From Heptranchias perlo (taxonomy: Eukaryota), in contig NC_090348.1 in assembly GCF_035084215.1 (NCBI RefSeq), positions 39,494,001 through 39,558,000 of the forward strand: a stretch of DNA of 64,000 bases, written 5' to 3'. Below are positions 1-12,579 of this stretch, piece after piece (the stretch's first letter is position 1; every line of letters starts with the position of its first letter). The notes under the pieces are model-generated. The model did no database searches. It saw only the letters and a program-made list of their open reading frames with translations, and had not been told where the DNA came from. Made by a program: the position numbers and the translations under genes.

Positions 1-2694
1 CCTTTCTCAAGAGGTGATTTCCGCCCCAGCCAGAAACAGGTCCAGCTCTCGCTTGAAGGAATTGAAATGCAAATCTCTGGGGGAGAAATAGGTTCAGGCC
101 TGCTTTCGGACCTGAGATGGGTGACGCGGCAGAAACCGTAGGCCCAAGGTTCGTCCCAAGTTTGGCCTTGGGCCTCATCTGAATAATTCCGGCAAGCAGC
201 GGCTGCCAATCGGGCCGTTTACTCATGAAACCATCGAGTGTATCTCCTCCCAGTTCTTTATGTCCGTTACCCAACCTCGAGCCCGGATTCCGTTTTCAAA
301 TCAGCCACCTGTGATTACCATCCCTTTGCCGGTCGGTTGCCGAGTAACGCTAACACCAAGTTAGGCAATCATATCCATCGGTAAAATGGAAACTCCTGGG
401 GATGTTTGGGAGAAAAAAGAACAAACCAAAGAGAAGGCAGAGAGTTAGCTCTCGTCATCAGATGCAAAATCAGAGAAAAGAAAAACGATTTAGACACCAA
501 GCAATTTAGAACTATTTCTCGCTCTTCGGATTTCCTCAACCTGAACATGTTCCACATCATTACTAACACTTGTCATCAGTACCTCCATGTAATACATCAA
601 TGCAGCCGAGATAATGTACTATTTATTATTCTGCACAGTGTGCTTTATATCCTATTCATTTCTTCCTTCTGTAAGATCTAATCAAACCTTAAAATATATG
701 TAAAGAATTAACCCTCCCACAACCAAGGAGGGGTTCCTATGTTTAAATCTGCAGAAGATCGGGATCGTTTGAGGGATGCTGGCGACCTTTAGTGCTGTTT
801 TCACCCCTCTCTCCTACAAAAGATGGTTTGCTTCCCTTCCCCTGCGCCGCCATATATTTTGTCTTTTCTTGAGTGCTCCCCAAGGCCCTTGTGCTGATTC
901 GAATGCCATCGGAGGGGCAGACTAGCACAAGAGCACCTTATTAAGTTGTTCTCAGAACTCCAAATTCATTACTCGAGAACTTGAACCTGCCCCAGAAAGT
1001 GCTGCATGATGGAGAAACCTAATTTACGACAAAAAAAACCTATGAATATTTTTATCTTGTTGTCTGCAGTTTTGGAATGTGTCATAGTTTTCTCGGGGGT
1101 TATCTGTGTTATTCTCTCGTTTGTCTTAAGAGACACATTTTTCATTTTCTCGCTCCACCTATTTCTTTCCTCCCTCCTCCTCTCCCAACATCCAAGTCAA
1201 GATTGGTGATTGAAGGCCGTGGTACCTGATCTCAACTGGGCCAATGGGTGTGGGGTGCGACAATTGGCCTATGAACTCTGCTCTGCGGCGGGGGGTGGGG
1301 GGAGATGGGAGGGTGGAAATCAGCTGGGGTCCCTGATTCTGGTTGCTATCCAGTGATTTTTGCTGGAAGGTGTGCGTCAGGTGAGATCAGGATGCCCAGC
1401 ATTCACCATTAAAGCTCATCCGTAGAACCGTATCCCAGCAGGAATTAGCACTTCAGCTTATTGCAAATGTATGCTCCCTTTACACTACAGGTATTGCAAA
1501 GAGAGAAAAAAAAGGATGAATTCCCTATCAGCAATGAATGATAGGAAACCCTCGCAGTCAACCCGAATTCCTTGGCTTGTGAAGCAGACATGCTATTTAA
1601 CATTCAGCGGTATTTTCTTAATCCTAATTTTTCTCCTCACTGGTTTTAGGAGTCACTTATCCACTAAGAATATCCCTTAATCTGAGATGGGCTGAATTAC
1701 GAATGTTTCCATGAGCACTGTCAATATTTGTGCTCGGGTGGAGTATAAAAACCAGCACAGACCTTTTGGGCCAAATGGCCTGTTTCTGTGCTGTAAGTTC
1801 TATGTATGTTGCTTATTGCAAATATATGCTCCCGACAGGTATTGCAAAGAGAGAGAACTTGCATTTATATAGCACCTTTTCACATCCATCTGAAGTGTCC
1901 CAAAGCACTTCAGATACAATGAATTATTTTGAAGCGCGCTCATTGTCAGTAAACGTGGCAGCCATTTTGCACGCAACCATGACCCACAAGCGGCAGTAAA
2001 GTAAATAACGAGTTACTCTTGTCTTTAAGGACCGAGCACTCTTGCCCCTGAAGGCAGTGAAACTCTCCTTGAGTGGAGGCAGAACTGATAGGAAAAAGTC
2101 ACTGGCAACAGCACTTGCCATCAGATTGGCCATCTAAGATCCAGCGACGGATCCATATAAGCTATCTCTGTGGGCATCAGGGAGGTTCCCCGGCAGCATG
2201 ACAAAATCAGAGGCGCGATTTGCACGAGCGACGCGTGCACAGTATAAACAGGGAAATTCTGCACCAATGGGAGTTGACTTAAATGCTTGTAGAACTACTT
2301 CTGATTCCAATGGAGCAGTTGTTTAACATGAAAGGGTCGTAAGATGTCTTCCATCAAGCTATCCCCTCCCCCCCTTCCCCTCCCGCTTCAGTGGTGGAGT
2401 TTCCTGCCATACACTAGAGGCCTGGCTGAGAACTGAGAAAACTCAGAGCAGCTGCATTTGAATGACAGGCAGTTCTGGGGCTTGAACTCGCAACCATCTG
2501 TTCAGGAAGTAAGTACTATAACAGCGTCCAGCCCTTACAGGACTACGCTGTACTGACACTTCAGAAGATCTACCCCTTTGCGGATAGCAGGCCTTGTTAC
2601 CTTAGCACTCTGTGGAGTTCAGATCCTTGGAGATGACGCCAACAACCTACCTTTATGTAGCCCTGCCATTTTATACTGGAGTCTGCCGTTTGAA

Positions 2695-3167
2695 AGAAGA
2701 AAGACTTGCATTTATATAATGCCATTCATGATCTCAGGATGTCCGAAAGCACTTTACAGCCAATGAAGTACTTTATTTTTGAAGTGGAGTCACTCTTGTA
2801 ATGTAGGAAATGCAGCAGTCAATTTGCACACAGCCAGGTCCCACAAACAGCAATGTGATAATGACACAATCATCTGTTTTAGTGATGTTGATTGAGGGAT
2901 ACGTATTGGCCAGGACGCCGGGGAGAACTCCCTTGCTCTTTTTCGGATAGTGCCATCGGACCTCTTGCGACGACCTGAGAGGTCAGATGGGGCCCCGGTT
3001 TAACACCTCGTCCGAGAGACGGCATCTCCGACAGTGCAGCACTGCCTCAGAACCGCACTGGGAGCATCGGCCTAGATTTTGCGCTCGAGTCTCTCGGGTG
3101 GGGACCTGAACGCACAAACGTTCTGACTGAGAAGCGACCGTGTTACCGACTGAGCCACGGCTGACAC
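2695..3167 (-). mobile_element. Full-length tRNA-derived Deu-type SINE (SacSINE1-like) with L2-like tail
   Basis: Minus-strand head TGTCAGCCGTGGCTCAGTCGGTAACAC..GTTCAGGTCCC (A/B boxes), a central domain shared by many copies in the window, and tail TATATAAATGCAAGTCTTTCTT. Confidence 0.8.
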
Positions 3168-3659
3168 AACTTGCAATAGGCTCATTAGGGGACGATTGCA
3201 TACGTGGGCACTGTGCTAGTGTGTGGGTGGGAAACTCGCATCACTTTTCACTGCATGCTGTTACATGTAACCAATGCAGCTGGTGACACAGCACAAGAAG
3301 CAGGTAATCCACGAGCCACTTGTGATGCCCATCAGAGCTCTCCAGAGACCACAGTGTTTACATTTGAATACATCATCTGGTTGGAGAACTTTGTGTCTGT
3401 GGTTGACATGTGTAGGCCTCGTTTCTATTTGCATTGTAGGAGGCTGGCATCTGTGACCCTGCTTCCTTATCCTAGCCGTCTGCCGTCGTGATAAGGGAGC
3501 TGGATTTAAAAGAAAGAGCTTGCATTTATAGAGCACTTTTCACCACCTCAGCATATCCCAAAGCGCTTTACAGCCAATGAAGTATTCTTTTGAAGTGTCG
3601 TCATGGTTGTAATGTAGGAATTGTAATTTTGGTGCTTAAATGGTGAGGGCGGGGGGGTT

Positions 3660-4075
3660 CGTGAGGTGTAGTGGTTATGGCACTGGACTAGTAATCCAAA
3701 GGCCTGGACAAGTGATACAGAGATTGTGAGTTCAAATCCCACCATGGCATTTGAGAATTTTGAATTCAGTTTCAAAAAATCTGGAAATATAAAGTTGCAT
3801 TCGGTAAAAGTGAAGCTGTCGGATTGTTGTAAAAATCCAACTAGTTCACTAATGTTCTTTAGGGAAGGAAACCTGCCGTCCTTACCCTGTCTGGCCTATA
3901 AGTGACTCTAGTCCCAAACCAACAGTGGTTAACTCTGATACCACTCAGTTGTATCAAACCGTTACAAGTGGTTCAAGAAGGCGGCCCACCACCACCTTCT
4001 CAGGGCAACTAGGAATGGGCAATAAATGCCGGCCTTGCCAGCGACGCCCTCAACCCCGAGAATGAAGAAGAAGAA
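3660..4075 (+). mobile_element. tRNA-derived SINE sharing its 3' tail with the LINE at 23.4-24.6 kb
   Basis: Head GTGTAGTGGTTATGGCACTGGACTAGTAATCC..GAGTTCAAATCCCACC. The 3' end GGTTCAAGAAGGCGGCCCACCACCACCTTCTCAGGGCAACTAGG..AATAAATGCCGGCC is nearly identical to 16296-16375 and 24525-24600. Confidence 0.8.
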
Positions 4076-5589
4076 GTGCTGGGGAGCCACTTCTCAAATG
4101 GCAGCCACTCAGAATCCGAATTAAAGTAAACTCAATACGAAAGCAGCTACAGTTTGTGCAGGGCATTGCACACGTATAGAAACAGTGTGCACCAGTTTAG
4201 CTCAGTTTCTGGCTGGTTCCTTTGGGCAATGGCTCCATTTTCTTCTGGTTGGCTTGCGAGCTCTGTTATCTTACAAATCATAGCTTCCACGTTCCCCAAT
4301 GTTAGGGAAAAGAGCTCGTTCATTTCGCTCCAATTTCCTCTTCTCCTGTTCCAAAGATGCTGAGGTTTGGTTTCATGACCATTGTTTGGACCTCCATCCC
4401 TTTGCCCGAATGGTTGCTCTTCAATCTTGAATCTATACAGTGAGCGTTGACAGGCTATTTGACTACGGAAGGAATCACAAGCAAATGAGATCCAATTCTC
4501 ACCCGATGTCTGTCTGCACTATCGGGCACATTCTAACAACTCTTGTCGCGTTCACTGGGTGTCTCAAGAGATTACGAGAGCAGGGGAAAACACTCACAAA
4601 TCTCACAGCCCGATGGGCAGAGAAAAGACAGAGAAAGAGAGAGAGGGACAGAGGCAGAGAAAAGTGAGAGGAAGGAAGAATACATTAGTGTCACTCGGGC
4701 CTCCCTTACGTCCTGTGTGCCAGCTGCAGCTTGCTCTTTTACTAGCCATCTATATGCAAGTGGACGCCTCGGATATGCAGCTCACGGCTGAAAATCCCAC
4801 ACCTGGGGATTGTGCACGGTTGACATCTTTGACAACCAACCTTGGCTCAGACATTGTCAGGTCAGACTGGAAACTCTGCGATGTGATCTGTCATCCATTT
4901 CTGTCTGACTACTCCCTCTGTGAAGTGCTACAGGATTGTTTCTTCGATGTTAAAGACCCTATATTAATGTACGCTGTTGTCGCTCAGCATCACACGCACA
5001 ATTTATTCCAAAATGTAGAATCCTTTCATCTAATTACCGCCCTGTTGGAAATTATTGAGTGTGTCCATATTGCAATAATGCTGCTTCTCCTCAAAGAATG
5101 GGGTTATGGATTTCTTTAGTTATTTTCTTGCTGTTTGATAGGCTTTACCAACTCCTGATCACAACCTGACTCCAAGGAACAGCTCATCTACGAGCACAGA
5201 ATTTTAAGTTTAGTGCTGTTCTGATGGCCTCGGCCGAGTTTGGAGCCAGGCCCGCCCGTGGTTGAGTAATTGAAGAAATCATTCAGTGAATGAAACTAGG
5301 TGATCTCGTCTGCCTGACCTCTGGCCCACAGACATTGAATTTGGGCCGTCTCATAACTTATTCAGCAATCTCCTCGTACTAACCTGGGCTTTTTTTTCCT
5401 ACAAATGAATTCAGTGCAGATTGATTCCACTGGTTACAGTTTTCCACTTTATATAGAACGAGTTGTTTGGCCAGCTGCCTGCTTTTCCAGGTTTAACTAG
5501 CCTTTGCCAGTAATAAAGTTTTCTGGCTTGGAGTTTCGTCCCAGCAGCAAACGAGAAAGCTATTATTAACGGCTGGAATACTTTTTTCA

Positions 5590-6671
5590 ATTACTCCCTT
5601 CTTAAAAGACTGGTGGGGGGGGGGCGGGGGGCGGTGGTACGTGGGATGAGGTGCTAGGAGTCAGTGTGATAGGATAAGAGGAGGAGGGGGTGGGGGGCTT
5701 TATCGGCCACTAACATTGGAAGCCTAGGTTAAGGGGTCACTCAGTGAAAGATAATTGGAGAGGGGAGTGGGGAGAGGACAATGACTTGCTTGGTCTTATC
5801 TGTAATGCACTCAGGCTGCTTTTGGATGTGAGGGGGGAGTAACGAGTTCCAGTCCGTGCAAGGTTTTTGCAGATCTCCTCTGCCATGTGCACTGAGGCCT
5901 GTGCCTGACCTGGGTGGACCTGCCGAGCTACCTGTGACTGACCAGTTTGCCCAAAACCAGCTGCTTCACCCCAAGCTGGTGAGTAGGAAATCTGCAGGAA
6001 GGGACGAAACGACTTTAATTCCCGCAGGCTTGAAGCTTTCATGAAGAACCCGGGATCTGTCGCTGCCTTTGCTCCCAGCGCAAGTCAAAATACCACAGGC
6101 ATGAGCTATTGTGCAGGTGTCTTGGATTCTGTCGACAGGTAAGAATTTCTAAGGAGCAAATTTACGGCCTTGCTCTCACCCGCTAGTTCCTAGGGCGGGG
6201 GGTGAGTATGTGTATGTGTGTGTGAGAGGGGAGCCGGGGGGAGCTTGCATATTTCGTTGCACACAGGTTAGTATATTTTACTGGCCTGCAGCTGTTTGTT
6301 GGCAGAGTCTGCAAGGCTTCAGACACGGATCTACATTTAAAATCACCAGAAAACAAGGAGGGCAGCATTAATAAAGAGAGAATTAAAGGCAGGCTTCAAA
6401 GTGCCAGGTGAATAGGGATAAATTTGATCTCTTGCAGCAGATTACCAGGGTTTCAAAAGAAGGGGGAACGGAAAGGCACGAGAAAAGCAATAATGTGGCA
6501 GGATTGATTTAGGGGCGGAGGGATGGATATGACAAGTGCTTATCAGCTGCCGGAGTAGGATGAGCGTTGCTGGGAAAGGCTTGGGGCTCTTGGCAGTAGC
6601 AGAAGGGAGTTACTGCTCTCTCTCTCTCTCTCTCTCACTCTGCTTTTGTTGTTTCGCCTGCCTTGTTTACA
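5590..6671 (+). promoter_or_regulatory. Probable promoter/5'UTR region for the alternative first exons
   Basis: Repeat-free, G-rich region with GC boxes (GGGGCGG at ~5621-5635, 6193, 6512), a (CT)n tract at ~6616-6640 and splice donors without clear upstream acceptors, directly before two ATG-containing exons. Confidence 0.6.
6041..6138 (+). CDS. CELF2: Alternative first coding exon (MKNPGSVAAFAPSASQNTTGMSYCAGVLDSVD-R/S), phase 2, probably CELF2
   Basis: ATG at 6041, open for 98 nt (32 codons + 2) up to a strong donor CAG|GTAAGA. Same exit phase as the CELF2-like exon about 530 bp downstream. I do not recognise the peptide itself; the assignment is by position and phase. Confidence 0.55.
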
Positions 6672-6724
6672 ATGGTTTCCGTAATCTCTGAGCTGGATTC
6701 ACTCGAGAGCTGGAAAGTTCTGAG
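6672..6724 (+). CDS. CELF2: First coding exon of a CELF2-like RNA-binding protein (MVSVISELDSLESWKVL-R/S), phase 2
   Basis: ACAATGG Kozak context, 53 nt (17 codons + 2), donor GAG|GTAGGC. The peptide aligns without gaps to the distal CELF2 isoform N-terminus MVSLISDLDSLRGWKALR as I recall it. The paralogue CELF1 is not excluded. Confidence 0.78.
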
Positions 6725-7779
6725 GTAGGCTCGGAGTTTGTCTTTCACACCCGATGATTATTATTATGATGTTTCTTTAGTGTACCCCGTGTAAAAACTA
6801 GTTTCAATTCAGGCATGAACTGCGGTTGAGGTCTCTTTTTTTCTTTCTCTCTCCGTGTAGCGAGAGGTTTCTGTATTGATGTAATAAGATCCCCTACAGA
6901 CCTCGTAAAACCCATGAGGTTGGCTGACATTCAGACAAGCTCGAGGGAATGCTTTTCACATTTAAAAAAAAATGCTCCGGGTTATTTTGAGAGCCTGATT
7001 TTAAAACCAACAAAAAAAAAAGTTTGATTGGGATAAGAAGGGGATTGCAAGTGGACAGGGTAGGTTTTCTGTAACTTTGACTCCGTTTGTTTTGGATCTG
7101 GATGCATTTTCTGTTTGCGAGGCGGGAGGGAGACAGGGCCGTTCTTTCTCCATGATAAATGAGGATATTCAGTAGGTTGTTTCTTTCCCCTTGCTCTGAG
7201 GCTTTCTCTGTAGGCTCTGCAGCTGTACCAAGTGCAGGCCAGAATTAACGGGGGAGGCAGATGTAAGGGGAGGGGGGTTGTACTTTGCAACAAAGAGCAG
7301 GCTTCTGCCTGAATTAAATTTATGGCCTTTTTTTTTGTTGTATGTTGAGTGCTTGTGTTTCTTTACCACAGTAGGCTTTTTCTGGTGCTGTAAGTAGGTA
7401 ATTCATGAATGCGCTGGTACGGTTTTAAGAGTCTTTATATTGAAAAAAAGCAACAGTAATTCTGTACAGGCTCCCACCGTGGGAATATGCACTTTTGGCA
7501 CAGCTGTCAACTGCAGACAAATCCTAGGTGTGAGCTTTTAAGGCACAAGAGGCAGGAGGAGATCGAGGCTCCCAGCAGATATAGGAGAGAGGCTTTTGCC
7601 CGATTAATTTATTTCCCCCCCCCCTCCACGCCCGATTTCCTCTCCTCCCCTCCTCGCTCACTGGGGTACGGCTCCACGTTTGCCCTTTGATACCTTGCCC
7701 AAGCAGCCATTAATTTTGGGGGACCCTGGCCAATTTTTGCCTTGCCAACGCAACAGCCAGTCACCACCCGATGAGGAGC

Positions 7780-8500
7780 CATAAACAGCCGGTGAGATAA
7801 ACGATCAGATAAACTGTTTTTAATGGTGCTGGTTGAGGGAGAACACTACTATTCTTCGAACGGTGCCACAGGAAACTTTTTTCACCCAGCTGAGCATGCA
7901 GTTTAGTTTAACATCTTATCCAAAAGATAGCGCCTCCGACAATGCAGCACTCCCTCAGTGCTGCACTGGTGAATCAACCCAGATTATGAACTCGAGACCT
8001 GAAGTGGGATTGAACTATCTGAGGTGAGAGTGTTGCCACAATTCTAATGAACCTTTCCCTAAGGAATTCTAATAGTTTACCAGCACGGCCCATTGCGATG
8101 TAATTCACATTACAAATGTATGTTTTTGCCTTGCATAAAGAAAGTAGAAATAATATAGTGCTCTACAGGACGTCCCTAAGCACTTTTCAGCCAATTAAAT
8201 ACTTTTGAAGAGTAGTCACTGTTGTGATGTAGGAAACGCGGCAGCCAATTTATGCACATCAAGGTCCCACAAACAGCAACATAATAACTACCGGATAATC
8301 TGTTATTTAGTGATGTTGATTGAGGGATAAATATTGGCCAGAACACCGGGAAGAACTTCTCTGCTCTTTGAATCGTGTCATGGGATTTTTTACATCCACC
8401 TGAGAGGGCAGATGGGGCCTTAGTTTAACGTCTTATCCGAAAGATGACACCTCCGACAGTGCAGCACTCCCTCAGCACTGCACTGAAGTGTCCGCCTATT
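7780..8500 (-). mobile_element. Two partial Deu-type SINE copies (~7780-8040, ~8150-8500)
   Basis: Similar to 2695-3167. Confidence 0.7.
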
Positions 8501-9562
8501 GTTTCAATGACAACATTGGGAAAATTCCAATGACAAAAATCACACTGGGGCCCTCTAGTCTTGTCGCTTCCCAAAGTTCAGACAATGCTACTTTAATTGT
8601 TGTGGGAATTTGAATCTAAAACAATTAATGCTGGCTGTTTCTTTATCCCCCTTGGATTTTCTCCTCTCCTGAAGTCATTGCCCTAGGTTTTCCAATTGTA
8701 ACACCGACAGTAGCCAATTTGCCTTAATGGGTTACTGTTGGCGTTACCATCAGTTAAACCTAGGCTATTGATTCTTATCGGGGTGAATTCACCAATCCAG
8801 TGCTCCCTGCAGCGAGCCAAGCTCGAAGAGAGCAAGGGTCGGAGAATCTGCTGCCACTCCAGAGGGCAGCATTGGTTAATTTGCCCAGTGGTTTCACAGC
8901 TGCCCTCTGGAACCTTACCCATTTTCCACGTACGAGGTTAGACAGCGAGGGTTGGCAAGCTGTTCAACCGGGGCCGCAGTGCGTCGGGGCCCAGCGTCCG
9001 TACTCATTCCTTTTTTCCAGCGGGGCGTCACTGGAGAGTGATCAATAAGCAGGTACTTTGGCCCATTTTTGTCCCTCCCCTTGCCCAGAAGTGATGAGGT
9101 CAGTTGCAGCATCCAACTGCTGCCGCCTGACTCAGATCAGCTAACTCAGCACGGTTCTGCATCACACCAGTTGCTGCATTTGCCTCCTGAGCCTATAGTG
9201 GAGTATCAGAGTCGCTTTCAACACGGGAGACATAAAAAAACGTCAGGATGCTCTAAGGGTCTTGACTGAGCGACTTCCAATATTAAACAGCCATTTTGTT
9301 TCATGCTCGAATATATTTCTCCATTCTGATTAAGATGGCTCCTTTACATTGAACCGCAGAGGAACGGAGAGAACCACTTCACGATCAGCAACATTTACAT
9401 TTTGCCTGCCACTCATTCTTTTTAGCCCACCTTACAGCCCTCAGAGAAGGTCCAGTCCCCAGAAATGGAGTCGCAAATTGCAAATTTCAAGCGAATGTGC
9501 AAAAGTAGTTGTTTGTGAGGAGTTTAACTCCGTTCCTTAGCCGCTGACTCCACCCCTCTGAC

Positions 9563-10262
9563 ATGAGCTTCCGACCGCATATCCGCTCCATCACCAAGAT
9601 TGCCTACTTCCACCTCTGTAACATCGTCCATCTCCACCCCTGCCTCAGCTCATCTGTTGAAACCCTCATCCATGCCTGTGTTACCTCTAGACTTGACTAT
9701 TCCAATGTTCTCCTGGCCAGCCTCCCACTTTCCACCCTCCATAAACATGAGCTGATCCAAAACTCTGCTGCCCATATCCTAACTCGCAACAAGTCCCGTC
9801 CACCCATCACCTTTGTGCTCGCTGACCTACATTGGCTCCCGGTTCAGGAACGCCTTGATTTTAAAATTCTCATCCTTGTTTTCCAATCCCTCCATGGCCT
9901 CGCCCCTCCTTATCTCTGTAACTTCCTCCAGCTCTATAACCCTCTGAGATCTCTGCATTCCTCCAATTCTTGCCTCTTGCCCATCCCCGATTTTAATCGC
10001 TCCACCATTGGTGGCCACACCTTCAGCTGCCTAGGCCCTAAGCTCTGAAATTCCCTCCCTAAACCTTTCTGCCTCTCTAACTCTCCTTTTTTAAGACGTT
10101 CCTTAAAACCTACCTCTTTGACCAAGCTTTTGGTCACCTGACCTAATATCACCTTATGGGGCTCGGTGCCAAATTTTGTTTGCAAATCACTCCTGTGAAG
10201 CGCCTTGGGACATCTTACTACTTTAAAGGCGCTATATAAATGCAATCTGTTGTTGTTGTCGT
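9563..10262 (+). mobile_element. L2 LINE 3' fragment
   Basis: ORF 9563-10048 has L2 ORF2 C-terminal motifs (ETLIHACVTSRLDYSN, LADLHWLPV..FKIL, HGLAPPYL) and ends GCGCTATATAAATGCAA(TTG)n. Confidence 0.9.
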
Positions 10263-10364
10263 CGTCCCTGGTACCGCTGGTACCATGGAATGTGTCCTAC
10301 AATGTAAACAGGGCAAGTTCCACAACACAGGTATCGCCATCACTTAATAGAAACATTTCCCTTT

Positions 10365-10700
10365 CCCCTCTCCACTTTTCTCCGTCAATATCCTTCCCTC
10401 TTCCCCTGGAATTATTGGCTCTATAGTGGGGTATAGTTCCACAGGTCACCCCCCTCTCCCTGGTATCTCATTCACATACCCTTTATTTACCTGTGAGTGT
10501 CAGCAGCAGATCATCGGACACCCACATTTTCTGGTGGAAGTCACCGAATAGCAATCATGAGCAGGAAGGAACCCTGGCTGATTTTCCCCCTCCCGAGCCC
10601 AGTGGCACAGAGGCAAATTGTCGCTCCCCTACCAGAGAATCAGACCTGGGACGTCCTTCTTCGTATGGCTCACTGGATGTACTGACTGAATCATTCGGGC
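10365..10700 (-). mobile_element. Old SINE-like interspersed repeat (family 'C', many copies)
   Basis: Shares motifs (GGAACCCTGGCTGATTTT, GGCTCA..ACTGACTG) in reverse with copies at ~16480-16880, 27555-27835, 31650-31930, 37715-38090, 40785-40965, 48530-48770 and 50660-50940. Confidence 0.6.
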
Positions 10701-12579
10701 AGCCCTCAGGAACTATTGTACTTAAAAGGGGCACAAAGCTCCCGACTAGCCCAGAGTTCTGCTGAGAATCGTCCACATTTTCACAGAATTCTCCAAAGAC
10801 TGCGAAAAATTGTGCCGATGCCTCCTCTCCCACCTCCCCCTCATTTTAAAAAAAAACACATTGCGGCCTGCAGTATTTTTGTGGCGCCCTCGTCCCACAA
10901 ATATTCTCCCCAAGATTATCTCTGGGCCATTTCCCAAGCATCCTCCAGTGGTTCCTTTTAAGGAGCAGTGGTCAGGCACGCTCCACCCATTTTGACCTGA
11001 AAATTGCAATCTGGGTAGACCCCGGTTTGCGTATTTAAGCAACCGTATGTCCAAAACAGGCAGGCATATCGTTCGCCCATTTACAGACCCGCCTGAAAAT
11101 TGCTTCAGGTGGGCCTTGGGTGTCACTGGGGGAGCCAAGGTGCTGCCCCTCCCCCCCGCACCCCACCCCCACCCTTCCGATTTCCAATTGTGAACCACCC
11201 GTTTTTTTTTCAGGTGAGGCACAAATAAAAAGGGGAACCGGGTGACACAGTGGGTTAGACAGCAACCTTTCACCTTTGGGTTCATAACCTGGGTCCTGAG
11301 AGTGGGGGTCAGAGGTATGGAAAGTCCATGCTTCTTTCTATTGACCCCCCCCCCCCAAATCTCGCCGCCAATGGAGATTGCTTCACTGAAATCACTTCCA
11401 TTAATCTAAATGCAGATTCACAAACCCGCATTTTGGTGGGTTTTAAGACGACAGTGGGTCCCCGGGCAATGGGCCGTATATAGCATGGAGTGCAACCAAT
11501 GGAAGTTGACCTGTGTGTCTCCTGTCTGCTGCACTCCTGTAACTTAAGAAGCACCTTCGAAGTGCCTTTTGTGCCATGCATGCATCAACGGAAACGTCTT
11601 GTTCCCAACAACTAAAACCTCAGTCTTCTGTACGGGCCTTTGTAATGTTTATTATTAAAATGAAAATTAATTATATTAGCATAACAAATGTTAAGTGTGA
11701 ATGGCAGCAAGGTTTCAGCCCTCGGAGGCTTTTTTAAAAAACCACAATATTAAACCTTTCTCACCCGATTTCTTAGTCACTGATTGAAATCCCTTGGAGG
11801 GAATCACATTACAGGCAGCCGCTGATTTGAATGGAAGTTGAAATTTAAATTATGTAAATCAAACATATTAACAACCCGAATGTATTCAAAAAAAAAACTG
11901 TAATGTGATATCTTAGTTTATGCAGAAGAATATTTTATTCTTCATGGCAATATCATGAATTTCAATTAACGTGCACATGGGTTTGGGAGATTTCTTTTTT
12001 AATTAATATAATTTATTTATGATGATGGCCATTTTGTTTGTGGACCCAAGTCTGCCAGTTAGAAGCCCCTTCATCAGCTGTTGTTACTCCACTTGCTAGG
12101 TGTTAGTGTTGAAGCTGTGTTCCCCTTTCAGTTGTTTCCCCTTGTTATTCTTCCTCTTTCTAGTCACAGGCTTCCTGCAGCCAACAGGCCCAGTGGAGCT
12201 GCCCTTGAATGCCCAATGACATTGTGGGTAAATGCACTGTGTGGTGTCTACTGAGCCACACAGGCTAGGAAGATCACACACTCGAGCTCTGGTGTTTGCT
12301 GATCCCAGCAGTGGGACACAACAATTAGACTCAGTGCCATTGGATGACACCTGCTGGAAAGTCCATGGGCTAGATTTTGACTGTCCGGCGGCCCACTAGT
12401 GCCGATGGAAGGCCCAGACCGTTTTGAGGGCTAGGCCTGATCGCCATACACCCAGCGGGCTACAGGCAGAAAACGAGTGCCCCAAAGCAGCCCGTCACCT
12501 TGAGGCTGGCACTATATCGGACAGCCCAGAGGTCCTCTAAATTCAAGGGACCACAAGTCAAATTTATGCAACCTGTCTT

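Noticed and set aside
3660-3750. tRNA genes at this and other A/B-box sites
   Set aside because: They are SINE heads continuing into SINE bodies and do not form complete cloverleaves.
4559-5119. 186-aa ORF upstream of the promoter
   Set aside because: Non-ATG start, runs through a GA-rich low-complexity tract, and has no recognisable domain or splice structure.
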